From Scyliorhinus canicula (lineage: Eukaryota): a stretch of DNA of 64,000 nt. The translations under genes were made by a program, and so were the position numbers. Under the pieces are notes generated by a model that saw only the letters and a list, made by a program, of their open reading frames with translations, was not told the DNA's origin and searched no databases. The stretch is from NCBI RefSeq assembly GCF_902713615.1, contig NC_052167.1, positions 5,521,203 through 5,585,202 on the forward strand, written 5' to 3'. Positions 38,795 through 52,422 of the stretch are shown one piece after another (the stretch's first letter is position 1; the number at the start of each line of letters is the position of its first letter).

Positions 38795-39080
38795 TGATGA
38801 GCCATCAATTGCACGAGAGACGATAGCTATACAAAAGTTAGGCTTTAATAAGCTAGAACTTAGACCTGCGGTTGTCTACAATAAAATGGACGACCGCCGG
38901 GCGTTTCGACTATTTATACCTCGATAAGGAGGCTTGGTTAACTCAGCCTCTCGACCAATCGGAGAGCTGTCACATGACTGGTCTCAACCAATCGGTCGAG
39001 AGGCACATGACCGACCAGGGCCAATGGTAAGCCGGTGTTCTGCCCCAATGGCAGACAGCTATGCAAATCATATCACCACA
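38795..39080 (-). mobile_element. Solo LTR (286 bp), Gypsy-like
   Basis: Minus-strand tgtggtgat...ctcatca; 5-bp TSD ctctt (38790-94, 39081-85); tataaata and attaaa on minus strand. Confidence 0.88.
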
Positions 39081-39844
39081 CTCTTTAACACATGGATCAA
39101 GCTAAGCTTGTTCCCATTTTGTTTGCGCCAAGGCCGTTCATTTTGTTTTCTTCCTCTATGGGATGTGTGTCGCTAGTGAGGTCATCATTTGTTGGCCTTC
39201 CCAACTTCCCTTGAGAAGAAGTGGAGCTGAAGGTTTGCAGGGAGCGAAGTTAAAACTACCGCCTGGCGACATTGAGGAGCCCGGGGCAATGTCAGGACGC
39301 GATTAAAAGCTTCTGGATCACAATCATCTTTTCTCAGAATTCCTGGAATTCAGAAATATCGCCAATATTTTCTCAGTATTTTCAAGAGGGAAGTGTAATG
39401 GATGCTAACTGATTCCAGTTGAAGCCAATCACCTTTGCTTCATGTAGTCTAATCTCTTGGTTCAAATCAAAGCGATTATTTTGTAATTAACATTCATTAG
39501 CTTATAGTTAATTAAAATTAAAGCGTCTAATTTGGCCGGTGACCATGACACTAATTCCCAATAGAGTCGTGTAATATTAACATCTCATTTCAATATTAGG
39601 AGCAACAGTCAGCACATTCTTAAAGTGACACTAAAATTAAAACAGCAATTTTTGGAAAACTCAAAGAAAAGCAGAAAGCACCTGGGACCTGAAGCATTTA
39701 AACACTCCGGGTGTGACCCCCACCATTCTTAAACTTTACTTTAATTGTAGCAGAAAAGTCGAAGACCAGTCATTTCCGCGTTGATTCCAGTTTAACGGAT
39801 TGTCCGATTTCAATAGCTCGGCTAAACCTCGAGCGGTTCCCAGA

Positions 39845-39975
39845 GCTCACCAAAGAGTCATCGGACTCGAAACGTTAGCTCTTTTCTCTCCCTACAGATG
39901 CTGCCAGATTTGCTGAGATTTTCCAGCCTTTTCCCTTTCACCAGATCTCTGATCGCCGCCTGCGAGTTCTGGGTT
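39845..39975 (+). mobile_element. Penelope terminal fragment
   Basis: gagtcatcggactcgaaacgttagctcttttctctccctacagatgctgccag matches 8862-8915. Confidence 0.7.
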
Positions 39976-40061
39976 TGGGGAACAGGAGTGAAATGGTTTC
40001 CACCCTGTGGATAGTAGAAAGCAAGTCTGCAGGGTTCCCTCAGCAATTTTGAACAACAGTG

Positions 40062-40230
40062 TGCTGGATTCTCCCAATCGCCAGCAGCACACTCGCCCCA
40101 CCGGATTTCCCGACTGCTTGGAGATGCCCACAATGGGAAAGCCCCTTGGCCGGCTGCCGGGAGGGAGAATCCCTCTGCCATGGGGGGTGCGCCCCACAAG
40201 AAAACGGGTGCGGCGGGGCGGAGAAGACAG
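40062..40230. mobile_element. Short Harbinger-like MITE (family C)
   Basis: gctggattctcc start; similarity to 13256-13445. Confidence 0.55.
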
Positions 40231-41069
40231 TTTGTCAGTGGACGGGAGTTATACTCAACATGGTGTTCAATCACATGCGAGAAGCCCTTGATCTCCCCAT
40301 CAGGCCCAATATCCCCCGGTTCCAGGGTTGGGACTTGACTCTGGAATAAGCAGGGTTATTTTAACCGAATCGGTCAGGGTGGGAGCCAGGGGGTGGGGCG
40401 GGGGAGGGGGGGCGAGGGGGGGTTGGCGGTGGGCGGATGTCGTGGAACACATGCCCTCTGCTCACTCAGTGAAACCAATGCTGGATAAAATCGGGAAGAG
40501 TGTAAAGAGGTGCTCCATCCCCATACAGACAGTCGACGGCAGGCTGGCTGGGGTTAAATTGCCTCTCACAGCTTTGCCAGTTTTGAAAATTCCACTTTGC
40601 GGCGGAGGTTAAGTGACAGTATAACTGCATCCTTGACGGAGCTATTGGAACTGCTGACTGAGTTACCAGCAGCAATTTGTACTGGTAAATTCGACAATTT
40701 ATTGTAATGGAGGAAGTTACCCAACGTCACTTTCAGACAACCACACCAGCAATAATACTTTCCTGTAGTACAATGAAGTTAGGAACTTCCTAGTTTCACT
40801 GCAGCCTCACTCATACTTCTTATGATTTTTAAAATCTTTTTGAATTGACACGACTCCCTCTGTTTAAATATGAAAGGCCTTCATCAATCTCTCCACAATA
40901 TAAACTGTTGATTTTACAGAGACACTGGTTTGATAATATTCTTTTAGTCAGGATCATCCGGTCCTGCCAGCGGGCGCACCCCCCAGGTGCGGGTCTCATG
41001 GTGGCAGGGGGTGCATTCAATGGGAAATCCTGGTGACAACGTAAGGAGCAGAAGATCCCGCCACATTAC

Positions 41070-42475
41070 TATCCACCCTATCTATGTCCCTCATAACTTT
41101 GTACACCTCGATGAAATCCCCCCTCAGCCTTCCCTGCTCCAAGGAAAACAACCCCAGCCTATCCAGCCTCTCCTCATAATAATCATAAATATAATCTTAA
41201 TGGTTTACCCTGTATCCTCAGACTGTGACCCCTGATTCTGGACACTCCCACCATCAGCAACAACCTTCCTGCATCTACCCTGTCCAGTCCTGTTAGAATT
41301 TGAAACATTTCTATGAGATTCCCCCCGATTCGCCTGAACTCCAGTGAATACAACCCTAACCGATTCAATATCTCCTCATATTCCAGTCCCACCATCCCAG
41401 GAATCAGTCTGGTAAACCTTCGCTGCTCTCCCTCTGGAGCAAGAACATCTTTCTTCAGATAAGGAGACCAAACCTGCGCACAATATTCCAGGTGTGGTCT
41501 CACCAAGGTCCTGTATAATTGCAGCAAGACATCCCTGCTCCTGTACTCTCGCAATGAAGGCCAGCATACCATTTGCCTTCTTTACCGCCTGCTGCACCTG
41601 CATGCTTACCTTCAGCGACTGGTGTACGAGGACACCCAGGTCTCATTGCACATTCCCCTCTCCTAATTTATGGCCATTCAGACAATAATCTGCCTTCTTG
41701 TTTTTGCTGCCGAAGTGGATAGCCTCGCATTTATCCAAATTATACTGCATCTGCCATTCATTTGCCCACTCACTCAACTTGTGCAAATCACACAGGAGGA
41801 TCTCTGCATCCTCCTCACAGCTCACCCTCCCACTCAACTTGGTGTCATCTACAGATTTAAAGGAGAATCCCGGCCATGGCATTTTGTTCCCTCATCTAAA
41901 TCATTAATATATATATTGTGCATAGCTGGGGTCCCAGCACCGATCCCTGCGGTACCCCACTAGTCACTACCTGCCAATTTGAAAAAGACCCATTCATTCC
42001 TACTCTTTGTTTCTTGTCTGCCAACCAGTTTTCTATCCATCTTGGGCGACACAGTGACGCAGTGGTTAGCACTGCTGCCTCACCGCGCTAAGGACCCGGA
42101 TACGATCCGGGACACTTTCCATTTAGAGTTTGCACATTCTCTCCGTGTCTGCGTGGGTCTCACCCAAAGATGTGCAGGATAGGTGGATTAGCCACGCAAA
42201 ATTGCCCCTAACTTGGAACAAAAATAATTGGGTACTCTAAATTTATAAAGAAAAAAGTTTTCTATCCATCGCAAAGCACTAATCCCATGCTCTTTAATTT
42301 TACATGCTAATCTCTTATGTGGGACTTTGTTAAAAGCCTTCTGAAAGTACAAATACATCGCAACCACTGGCTCCCCTTCATCAATTCTACTAGTTACATC
42401 CTCAGTAAATGTGGCAAGCATGATTTCCTCTTCATAAATCCATGCTGACTCTGTCCGATCCTGCCACTGTTTTCC
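41070..42475 (-). mobile_element. CR1 (HER1-like) LINE RT fragment, with V-SINE inserted at 42042-42255
   Basis: YLYFQKAFNKVPH, DDTKL, LYRTLVRPHLEYCAQVWSPYLKKD; SINE TSD agttttctatccatc (42027-41, 42256-70). Confidence 0.9.
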
Positions 42476-42698
42476 AAGTGCTCAGCTATAAATATTTTGC
42501 TTTCTTGCATCATTGTAGAAACTTAATGTCAGTGTCTATATGCGTGATCTTCTTGGAGATCCACTCCACTTTGAGCCGGCAGTTTGCGGTGTTGATGGTA
42601 GCCATGATGAGGAGATGCCGGCGTTGGACTGGGGTGAGCACAGTAAGAAGTCTTACAACACCAGGTTAAAGTCCAACAGGTTTGTTTCAAATCACTAG

Positions 42699-43699
42699 GG
42701 CTGTGACTAGTGATGTTCCGCAGGGATCAGTGCTGGGACCTTTGCTGTATGTATAAATGATTTTGACAAAAATGTAACTGGTCTGATTAGTAAGTTTGCA
42801 GACGACACAAAGGTTGGTGGAATTATGGATAGCGATGAGGACTGTCAGAGGATACAGCAGGATTTAGATCGTTTGGAGACTTGGGCAGCGTTATGGTAGA
42901 TGGAGTTTAATCCGGACAAATGTGAGGTAATGCATTTTGGAAGGTCTAATACAGGTAGGGAATATACAGTGAATGGTAGAACCCTCAAGTGTATTGGCAG
43001 TCAGAGAGATCTTGGTGTACAGGTCCACAGGTCACTGAAAGGGGCAACGCAGGTGGAGAAGGTAGTCAAGAAGGCATACGGCATGCTTGCCTTCATTGGC
43101 CAGGGCATTGAGTATAAAAATTGGCAAGTCACAAACCTTAGTTCGCCCACACTTGGAGATAGTGTTCAATTCTGGTCGCCAAACTACCAGAAGGATGTGG
43201 AGGCTTTCAAGAGGGTGCAGAAGAGATTTACCAGGATGTTGCCTGGTATGTAGGGCATTGGTAATGAGGAGAGTTTGAATAAACTTGGTTTGTTCTCACT
43301 GGAACGAAGGAGGTTGAGGGGCGACCTGATAGAGGTCTACAAAATTATGAGTGGCATAGACAGAGTGGATAGTCAGAGACTTTTTCCCAGGGTCAAGGGG
43401 TCAATTACTAGGGGGCATGGGTTTAAGGTGCGAGGGGCAAGGTTTAGAGGAGATGTACGAGGTAAGTTTTTTATACAGAGGGTAGTGGGTGCCTGGAACT
43501 CACTGCCGGAGGAGATGGTGGAAACAGGGACGATAGTGACGTTTAAGGGGCATCTTAACAAATACATGAATAGGATGGCAATAGAGGGATACGGACCCCG
43601 GAAGTGTGGAAGATTTTAGTTTAGACGGGCAGCATGGTCGGGGCAGGCTTGGAGGGCTGAAGGGCCTGTTCCTGTGCTGTACTTTTCTTTGTTCTTTAT
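42699..43699 (+). mobile_element. 5'-truncated CR1 (HER1-like) LINE
   Basis: VPQGSVLGP, KFADDTK, MEFNPDKCEVMHFG, ERRRLRGDLIEVYKI; tail ..ctgtgctgtacttttctttgttc; TSD tcactag (42692-98, 43700-06). Confidence 0.92.
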
Positions 43700-43738
43700 T
43701 CACTAGCTTTCGGAGCACTGCTCCTTCCTCAGGTGAAT
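43698..43738 (-). ncRNA. Minimal type I hammerhead ribozyme motif (Penelope-associated)
   Basis: AUUCAC-CUGAGGA-A-GGAGC-AGU-GCUCC-GAA-AGCU-A-GUGAAU: conserved core, stems I and II pair, palindromic helix III. Confidence 0.7.
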
Positions 43739-43967
43739 GAAGAGGTAGGTTCCAGAATGAAGAGGTAGGTTCCAGAGGTAGGATCTGTAAAGACTTAATT
43801 ACCTGCAAATGCTCGCATTCAAAGTATCTTCTTGCATCTTTGACTTTGTCTATATATATGTTTCTGGTACCTACCTCTTCATTCACCAAGAATCAATGAC
43901 ACCTCGGGCTGTGCAAACCGAGTACAATCTAATCAAAATCATATCGTTTATTAACAGGATAGGCTTC

Positions 43968-44155
43968 AAATTTTTTCCAATTAAGGGGCAATTTAGCGTG
44001 GCCAATCCACCTACCCTGCACATCTTTGGGTTGTGGGGGCGAAACCCACGCAAACACAGGAAGAATGTGCAAACTCCACACGGACAGTGACCCAGAGCCG
44101 GGATCGAACCTGGGACCTCGACGCCGCGAGGCAGCAGTGCACCACCGAGCCACCC
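43968..44155 (-). mobile_element. Short V-SINE variant
   Basis: Matches 1559-1783. Confidence 0.85.
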
Positions 44156-45349
44156 TTCAAACAGTTTCTATTCCATCAACTAAACTTGCTAAAAGCAAAA
44201 CACTGTGAGTGTTGCACATTTGAATTCCAAAGAAGAGTGCTGTTGGTCTCGAAACGTTAACTGTGTTTCTCTCTCTCTATAGATGCTGCCAGACCTGTTG
44301 AGTTTTCCACATCTTTTGTTTTCATAACTGGATTCAATTACAGCCTTTAAATCACTCTCTGGCATCCAGTATTTGTTATTCCCCCTCTCCGCTAGATGGG
44401 AAGGGTGTGTTTATTCGCTCACGCTCTGTGCTGACTGCTGTTCTTGCTGCTGCTGATGGCGACATTCAAATGCGTTCCAACGGGTTCTCAATCGCACCAA
44501 CGCTCACACACTCCTGTGATGGGGAGGGAGAGCGATTCAGGGCTGGGATTCAGATGGAGACTTTCACAATTCCATTTAGCACAGATTAACTCAACCCCTT
44601 GTACAGCGACAACTCCCGTAATGAAGGAGTTTTGGGGGGGGGGGGGGGGGGAGAGGTGGGCAGATTTGAGTTCAGCGCAGGGAAGATTTTCATTTCAGTC
44701 CACACGTCATAAACATGTGGAACAGAATTCTGAAAGTGACCACAATCCCCTTCTAATCCACACGCTTTCCTCATTAATCCTACATAAAAAAGGCTACCAT
44801 TAAATAGCCTGCAGTTAAATGCATGTGTGCAATATAACGCTAAAGAATGGAAACCACGGTGTTTACTATGTCTGAACCTTGGAATGAATTTTGTGTTTTC
44901 ATACCTGATTCAACTGCAGCGCCTTGGAAACTGGAAAGGAGAGCAGGCAAAAGGGAGGAAGGAGAGGCGACACAAAGAAGCAATTTACAAATTCCCTCCA
45001 AGGTGTTGCTGCTATTTCTAATTCATTTTGTTGAGCCCGGAAAGTGAAAGCGCTTGTTTGAAAGACGTCCTGTAAATCAGCAAGAGATTTCCTGACACAT
45101 TTTCCAACACCAATCACAAGTGTGTTCACACATCAAGCTGTGAGCGTAATGAGAGAGAAAAAAAAAAGAGACTGACCCTCTGGAAAACCCAAAGACCCAC
45201 ACAGATGCCACTTCAGCTACACGGATTTTGGAAAGCAGCTCCACTGGAGGGGCACCAAGCTGGCAGCAAAACCATGCCAATCTCGACTTGTTCTAAAGAC
45301 TCACAGCGACAGAATTATTGTCACTCCCAGGCCTCTGACGGCAACAAGT

Positions 45350-45645
45350 TGCATTTATATTCCCAAGGCAAATGCAAGCTTCAGTATTCCTCAACTAAAC
45401 ATTTACCTAAAACCGGGTCAATATTACACCTTCATGTCTTAAACATCCCAAGGCTCTTGCAAGAGCTTTCATCAAAATATGTTTGACACAAACATAAAAA
45501 GTTATTGGATAATATGACAAAACGTTTGCTCACACAAGTTGATTTTAAGGAGAATCTTAAAGGAGGGATGTGGGGGGAGATTGAAGGGAGAAATTCGGGA
45601 GCCTAGAGGCTAGGCAGCTGAAGACAGGGCCTCCAATGGTAGAAT
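45350..45645 (-). mobile_element. Old L2 LINE 3' end
   Basis: Reverse strand ccattggaggccctgtcttcagctgcctag (IGGxxFSCL-like) and tail ..tataaatgcaa. Confidence 0.5.
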
Positions 45646-45819
45646 AATAACATTGAGTTGTTAATGAAAGACTTCAACACTAAACATTCGCCCTCCTCCA
45701 CATCTGTCTCTCTACATTATCAAGAGAAGCTTTACAATTGCAGGGTCCAAATTGTCAAAGACAGAGAACTTGCTCTGATGGGATAATGCTGAATGATTTA
45801 AGGATAGAGAAGGGCTTTC

Positions 45820-46570
45820 TCAGTGCTGTAGCCCAGCTGATAGCACACTTGTCTCTGAGTCTGTAGGCTGTGGGGTCAGGACCCATCGTAGAGCTTAGTT
45901 ACAGCAGTCAATGCTGACATGCCACTGATGGGACCTACACTGTCAGCGGTGTCAATCTTTGGATGAGAGGTTATACTGAGGTCCCATCTGCCCTCATGGG
46001 TGGGTGTTAAAGATCCCATGGCCATTATTTCGAAGAACAGAGGAGTTATCTGCAATGTCCTGGTCAATATTTATTCCTCAATCAATATTACGAAAACAGA
46101 GACTGCATATTCCGCTCCCACAATTCCCACGTGAGGTCAATGGACCTTTGGCTAGTCCATCAACTTTTCCATCACGCCTCAAACAATTCCTATCACAAGC
46201 AGGAGCAGGAAATCCCAGGTAGGTTTTGCTGTGTGCAAACTAGCTACCACATTTCTTTTTTAAATTTAGAGTACCCAATTATTTTTTCCAATTGAGGGGC
46301 AATTTAGCGTGGCCAATCCACCTATCCTGCACATCTTTGCAGACACGGGGAGAATATGCAAACTCCACACGGACAGTGACCCAGAGCCGGGATTGGAACT
46401 CAGGTCCACAGCACCGTAGGCAACAATGCTAACCACTGTGCCACCGTGCTGCCCTGGCTACTACATTTCTGACATTACAATAATGACTACACTTCAAAAT
46501 ACTTCATTGTATTTGGGACATTGGGACAGCGAGGGATCGTGAAACGAGGCGATATCAATGGAAGCCTTTC
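45820..46570 (+). mobile_element. Deu-domain SINE pieces with a short V-SINE inserted (46255-46455, minus)
   Basis: Similarity to 34160-34620; V-SINE flanked by gcta(c/t)cacatttct-like duplication. Confidence 0.65.
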
Positions 46571-46932
46571 TTTCGTTTCTAACCCGAAGTAAGCAGAGAG
46601 AGAATAATGATAATGAAGAAATAATGCACAGCTGTACATCCACCGGTTTTAAAAAAAAACTCTTTATTTGCACTGTCCCAATCTACAGCCCATTTCCACC
46701 TTTTCTTTACTTGTCTAAAGGGAGCTGCCGCAATCATCCTACTCCCTGATTTGATTAATTTACAGCATCAGTCACACTTTGTCACCATCTCTGACTGCCC
46801 ATTAAAAGCTGATGAGAATTTGGCAAAACAGACTCAAACTAAATACTCACAGCACTATCTTAATTAACACTTTTATTAATTGAGAAAACAAAGCAGTGTT
46901 ATGTTGTCACGGCTGAGTCCAGACTGTTCCCG

Positions 46933-48074
46933 TGTTAGGGAATTAAAGGTGTTTTTTAAGGATTTATATCTGTATTGGTAAACATTAGAAATAAGGTATT
47001 GTTTTAAGTGGGTTTAATTTTCTGTACCTGGAAGGATAAAACCTATCGTTAGATTCATGCTGGACAAGGTGTTTGTATGTTCCAATTTTGATTATATTGT
47101 GATTAGAAAAGGCTACGGCATGAAGAGTAAATAAACCAGCAGTGGCTGCTTCGCAGATGGGGGCCTTGTACGGTAGAGAAGCTTTTCAGTTTTCGTTTAG
47201 TTAGTTTGATTGCCATTGGAGAGGGATAGCGAAAGAGAAGGCAGCTCTCACAATTCTTCGAGAAGCAGTTGGTTTTAGTGGGCTAAAGAGGGAACATCTC
47301 TTTCAGCCTTGCTGGAAGAAAAGCCATACTATGGAGTAATGGTAACAGAGGTAACTAGGAACCAGAACAGATTACAGTTCAATAAAGTCACAGAGAGTTG
47401 AAAAGGCATTGGATCGCGAGAGGCCAGAAAGATATTTGCAGTAGTGCTAATGTTTGAGAGAAAGCAGTTTTGGGAGAGATTATTTGAAATTGTGCGAATT
47501 AGTGGCTGGACCTTGTGTAAAAGTCTTTAAGACAAAGAAAACTGAAAGGAGAGGTGTAAAACCTGAACTTTTAACTTTGATGGAAGGAGCAGAGGCAAAG
47601 TATAATTTAAAAGAAATTTGAAAGTGTGACATTTGAAAGTGGAATTTGAAATCACTTGTGTGTAAGGCGGAGTTCAGTGAGACAGGGTGGTTCACGGTAT
47701 AAGAATTATCTGGGGGGATGTTGAGGAGAAATCCACAGATATTCACTTGGGTTCAGAGAGGAATGTGCCTTACCACAGTCATCCTATGTGCTTAAAAGGG
47801 ACTTTGTGTGTTAATGAGTCCTTTGTAGTTTAAGATGTATTTTGTAATCCATGTTAATCTTTAAATCAATGTGTATTCGTTAAAATAATCTATAGTCTAT
47901 ACTATAATCCAGTTTTTCCATGGTCAATAAATGTTTTTTTCTTATTATTAAAACTAACCAGTATTTCTTTGGCTCTTCCTCCACATTTTATAATTAAAAA
48001 ACTTTTGTCTTTTGATCCAGGGTTCCGTTCTAGAATCTTGGCGTCTAGTTGTAACATCACCTAGGATTGTAACA
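46933..48074 (+). mobile_element. Long solo-LTR-like element (~1.1 kb)
   Basis: tgtta...taaca termini, aataaa ~47926; second diverged copy in reverse at 54120-58889; TSD not evident. Confidence 0.65.
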
Positions 48075-48559
48075 CCATTTAAAAATTCCGGCGAGTGGAG
48101 CTCCTCAGCGCAGGAAATGGGACTAAGTGTAGCCTTGGTGGGGCATTCCACACTGACGTCCCAAATAGAACCAGAGTCCCGGTAGATAGCGTGGTGTTTC
48201 TCGGCACTGCGAGCACAGGGAATCACCCGGCTAAACGCACATGTTACGGGACCCAGTTCCCATTCGGTTACATCGCGCCTCTGGTCTTTTGAGCCAGGGT
48301 TCCAGCGTGCGTGAGATGGTGATTTGATGCCCAACTCAGAATGGGGAAAGGCAGTGAGGCTGGACCAACAGGGAGAAGAGGAAGAGCAGGGTGGCATTTC
48401 AGCACACCGCTGTTACCTATTGTCCAGAAGGTGAGATAGGAATCTAAGTTCAATCATCCACATTAATCATATTCTGTAACATCAGCCCGAGCTCGCTGGG
48501 TTTCACCCCGGCCAAGGTCAGGAAGTTTTTTTGTTCAAATGCCTCTCCAGACACAATCT

Positions 48560-48870
48560 GAACTGGCACGTCAAGCGCAGGAGGGCTGCACTGTCGGAGG
48601 TGCAGGCTTTCAGACTTGATGTTAAGTCGAGGACCCCTCCCCTCTCCTCCCCAGGTTAGATACAAAGATCCCACGGCACTATTTTGAGAAGAGCAAGGGT
48701 GTTCGGCAGATCACCCTGGGCAATATTTATTGCTTAACCATCGCTAAAACAGACGACCTTGCCATTATCACATTGCTGGAAGCGGGAGCTTGCTCTGTGC
48801 CAATTTGTTGCTGAATTTCCGAATTGGCTGTAAAGTGCGGTGGGATATCCTGGGCTTGTGAAAGGTCTTT
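48560..48870 (+). mobile_element. Deu-domain SINE fragment
   Basis: cattatcacattgctggaagcgggagcttgctctgtgc; similar to 34280-34600. Confidence 0.6.
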
Positions 48871-49977
48871 CTTACTGTTATTGTCCAGGGGATGTCATGG
48901 CTTCATGGGAGCAGTCGGATATCTTGAAATTTCTCTTTCCAAACAGCTGGTGGAGTTCAGTTGAATCAACCTGCCACACTGCGCCTGTCTGTGCCCAAAC
49001 CACAGCAGCAACTCTGACGCTGCTTGGCATGCTGGGGGCACAGATGTTCACAAGGTGGCTCGAGGGCAGGAACTTGCCACAGACTCCTTCATGACAGACC
49101 ATATGGTTTCGGAGGATCACACTCAATCCACAGAGTGGCTGACTTATTCAGTGCAAATTAAATTCTGCAAGTCAAGTGGGAGCGCTTTCTCAAGCGGCCG
49201 TCCAGACGGGCATTAAGAGGAGACTGGGAAAGTGTCAGACAGAGGCTAGGTCAGGCTGTATCAGTATCGCCACTCTTGTCAGCACAGGCTGACCTATAAT
49301 TCACTGACGGGGAACTCAGACAATAACTCTGGCTCACCGGACACGAACATTATAAACCTTATCCCAAAAACTCTGGTGTTTCATAATTTTTCTAACGGAG
49401 AATATTTTTAGGAAGGATGGTTAAAAGAAGATCCTGGAAGAGATTGAGCCCCAGAGAGAATTACAGAGCCGATAGGAAATTGTCAGCCTGTTTACATTAA
49501 GAGTGTGTGACAGGTGTCTGATTTGCCATTCTCTGTTTTTCGCGATTGATAGAATTGAACATCACCCCAAAGGCCCCGGTGTGAGGGGAACAAAAGGCCC
49601 ACTTTAACCCAAAATCTGAATGCCAAATCCTTTTCTTCAAAAAACAGGTGACACAAAGATTTCTGGCTCATTTGGGGCACAGTGAAATGAAACAAGAGCT
49701 GGTGGCGTTTCTCTGAGAACTGGGGAAATTGGACATAATTGTGCTTGAATTCTTGCTGCCTGGGTTACAGTTTAATTTTCCACTGAAGTATACTCACCTA
49801 ACCACAAACCTTCGATGCCGCAGCCTAGTTGGTTCATGTAAAGAAAAAGAATTGTTTATTTTTGTTGTTCTACAATAAAAATAATTCAGTGAGATCTTTA
49901 CAACTGGAAATCTGATGCAGTTTTATCAATACAGGGTTTATCACAAAAAAGAAGTTAAGATTTTGAAACAAAAACCT

Positions 49978-50978
49978 CGGGTGTGATCGAATGGCCCCAT
50001 CACGCCTGAATGGGTGACGAGACGACACCATTAAATCTCGTTAAAGACCTCTCACTAGATTTGCGATACCCGGTACGGCCTGGCGAGATTTGATGAGATC
50101 TCGTGAGAAGTTGTGACCTGGAAGTCGCCCTTGCTGGGCGAGATCCGGATTTACATATTTAAGTGAGCCATTAGGAGTCTGTGGCAAGATCATGCCCATT
50201 AGGCTTATTTAAATATACCACCGCCCAATTCTCCTGAGGCCTGGGAACCAACGCCTGAGCCTGGGAGATATCGCATTGGCACCACTGAGCACTGGTCCAC
50301 ACAAACGTGGACCAGGTGAAATGGCAACTGGGGGGGTGGGGTGGGGGCTCTCCCAGGCCTTTGGAGGTCCCTGGGTGGTCGGGCTCTGGGCGGGGTGAAC
50401 CCTGGCACTCCTGCTGGCACCTGGGCACCATGGCACTGCCAGCCTGGCACCTTAGCACTGCGACTTGGGCACCCTGGCAATGTCGTCTAGGCACCATGAT
50501 GCACCACACTGGCATTGCCACGATGCCCTGCTGGTAATGCTGGACTGGCAGGGGGCACTAGCAGGATGCCAGGTTGGCAGTGCCAAGGTGCCCAGATGCC
50601 AGGTTGCCCATACTAGGGATCGGGCCGAGGTGTACCCTGCCCTTAAGTGGTGGGGTGGTGGTGGTGGGGGGGGGGCTCGAGGATCCCCTAAGAGGTAAGT
50701 TGGGGTGTTGGAGGGGGAGTTCTGGAGACCGCAGTGGGTAGTCTGTCTGAGAGGGGTCAAGAGAGCAGGCTGGCATTTAAAAATGGTGCTCCAATCTTTT
50801 CCTGTACTGGTGAACTGAGCGTGTCAGTGCAGGAGGTGAGGTAAGTGCGGCCTCAGTGGGGTGTTCTGGATCAAGGCCAAAGAGATAGAGCCCCTTGTGA
50901 TAGTGATGTCGTTCTCAGCAACACCTCACTATTCATGCCCAAAACGGGACTCTCTGTTTTTCCCGTTAAATCGCGCCC
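49978..50978. mobile_element. GC-rich Harbinger-like non-autonomous element (family B)
   Basis: Termini gggtgtgatcgaa / ttaaatcgcgccc; internal tggca/tgcca arrays; related pieces at 29272-29880, 48075-48280, 53676-54118. Confidence 0.6.
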
Positions 50979-52422
50979 AATAATCCAACACCCGTGAATA
51001 GCGGATTTTACATCGTCAAAATTACACTTGCCGGAAAAATTTACTATTTGCACCTGTGTCAGTTTTGTCATAAGTTAAATCACTTTTAACATGTTAAAAA
51101 CTTTTAAAATATGCCGTGCGCTGCCTGGAAAGACCAGGTTGATTTAAAGAGCTTCCTTAAAATCTAGAAAGCAGCAGAAATGTGGCATCTTCATTATTTC
51201 AGTCTGCTGGCGTGGTCCATTTTTGGATGGGTCCATCTTTGGGCGAGGTGATTTTGAAAGCAAAGGCTAAAGCTTGTAGAATCTTGATTGACGCTCAATG
51301 CAACTTACCCTCAAGTTTCTTCGATCTTATGGCTGATGCAGCTAATTTCTTCTGAACTGCGTTTATATAACTGCCAAACTCTCAACCCCAGGCGGTTCAA
51401 ACTTGAAGTCTGCATTGCGATGTGCCTCAGCTTTGCCCATATGACATATGAGGTTGCCATTGAAGATTTGTGTCTTCACCGGAGAATGCTGTTCAAAATG
51501 GTATTCCACACACTTACGATCATTGTGGCTTCATTCTTGTGATATTATTGAACCCCTTTATTGTGTCATAAAATGCCTAAGCACTTCTTGTTCCATGCGG
51601 ACTGAACTGACAGGACTCGTTTGTATATGAAATATATTTACATGGTAATGCCTGTACTGACAAACAACGAGTGCTTCTTCCCTTTCCACCTTCACTTTAT
51701 TTGCTGTATAAACATGGAGTAATGTTGATTAATGAGCACCAGATATTGAGAATGTTGGACTTAAATAGAGTGCAGATTGTTTATGGGTAAGACATTATAT
51801 TGGACCACGGGATTCATAATCCACAGATGATTGTAAAGTCCTGCAAGGTTACTTTCACCAAGTGATAAATGGTCATTGAGGAAATGCAAATGGACAAGAG
51901 CTGGTGCGAATTCTCCTCTTCCCTCACTCAATGCAGGAGACTGCGGTATGATCGAAAGTCTGAATTTAAGTTGCAACAGTCCATTAGACTCAGGGACAGC
52001 CAATGTGAACTGTCAGAGAAACCATTATAACCTATTCTCCATTACTCCCTGTTCGGCCTGTCAATGCTGATTCACCAGAGATTCCATTTTCACTAGAAGA
52101 GTAATCCAGTTTACTTCAACACTGCATTAGACCAATATAAGGAACAGGGGTAGATATAACCAATAGAAAATGCTCCTGCTGATTTTTTTCACCCGTAGCT
52201 AAATGGCAATTCTCATTTAATTTCTATCCTTTTCCACACTTGTTGCTATTCGCTTTGTGCACAAATGAACTTTTCAGCATTGTCACGCTCAGTGCAGGCA
52301 GGAAGGTATGGCAGATTTTAAAGCTGTATTTTGTTTTAAAAGTGGGCAGCACTTTGTTAAAATGGCCAACATACAGGATTGGACATTTTAAATTAAACCA
52401 CAGTCAAGACCACAGACAGGCC

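Larger units (their letters stand above)
42606..43887. mobile_element. Penelope-like terminal remnant (42606-42698 + 43700-43887) split by CR1
   Basis: Halves rejoin at tcactag; inverted repeat ggtgaatgaagaggtagg / cctacctcttcattcacc typical of PLE inverted termini; hammerhead core. Confidence 0.7.

Noticed and set aside
51307-51604. Two minus-strand gtaagt donors with upstream acceptors
   Set aside because: Frames contain stops; no support beyond motifs
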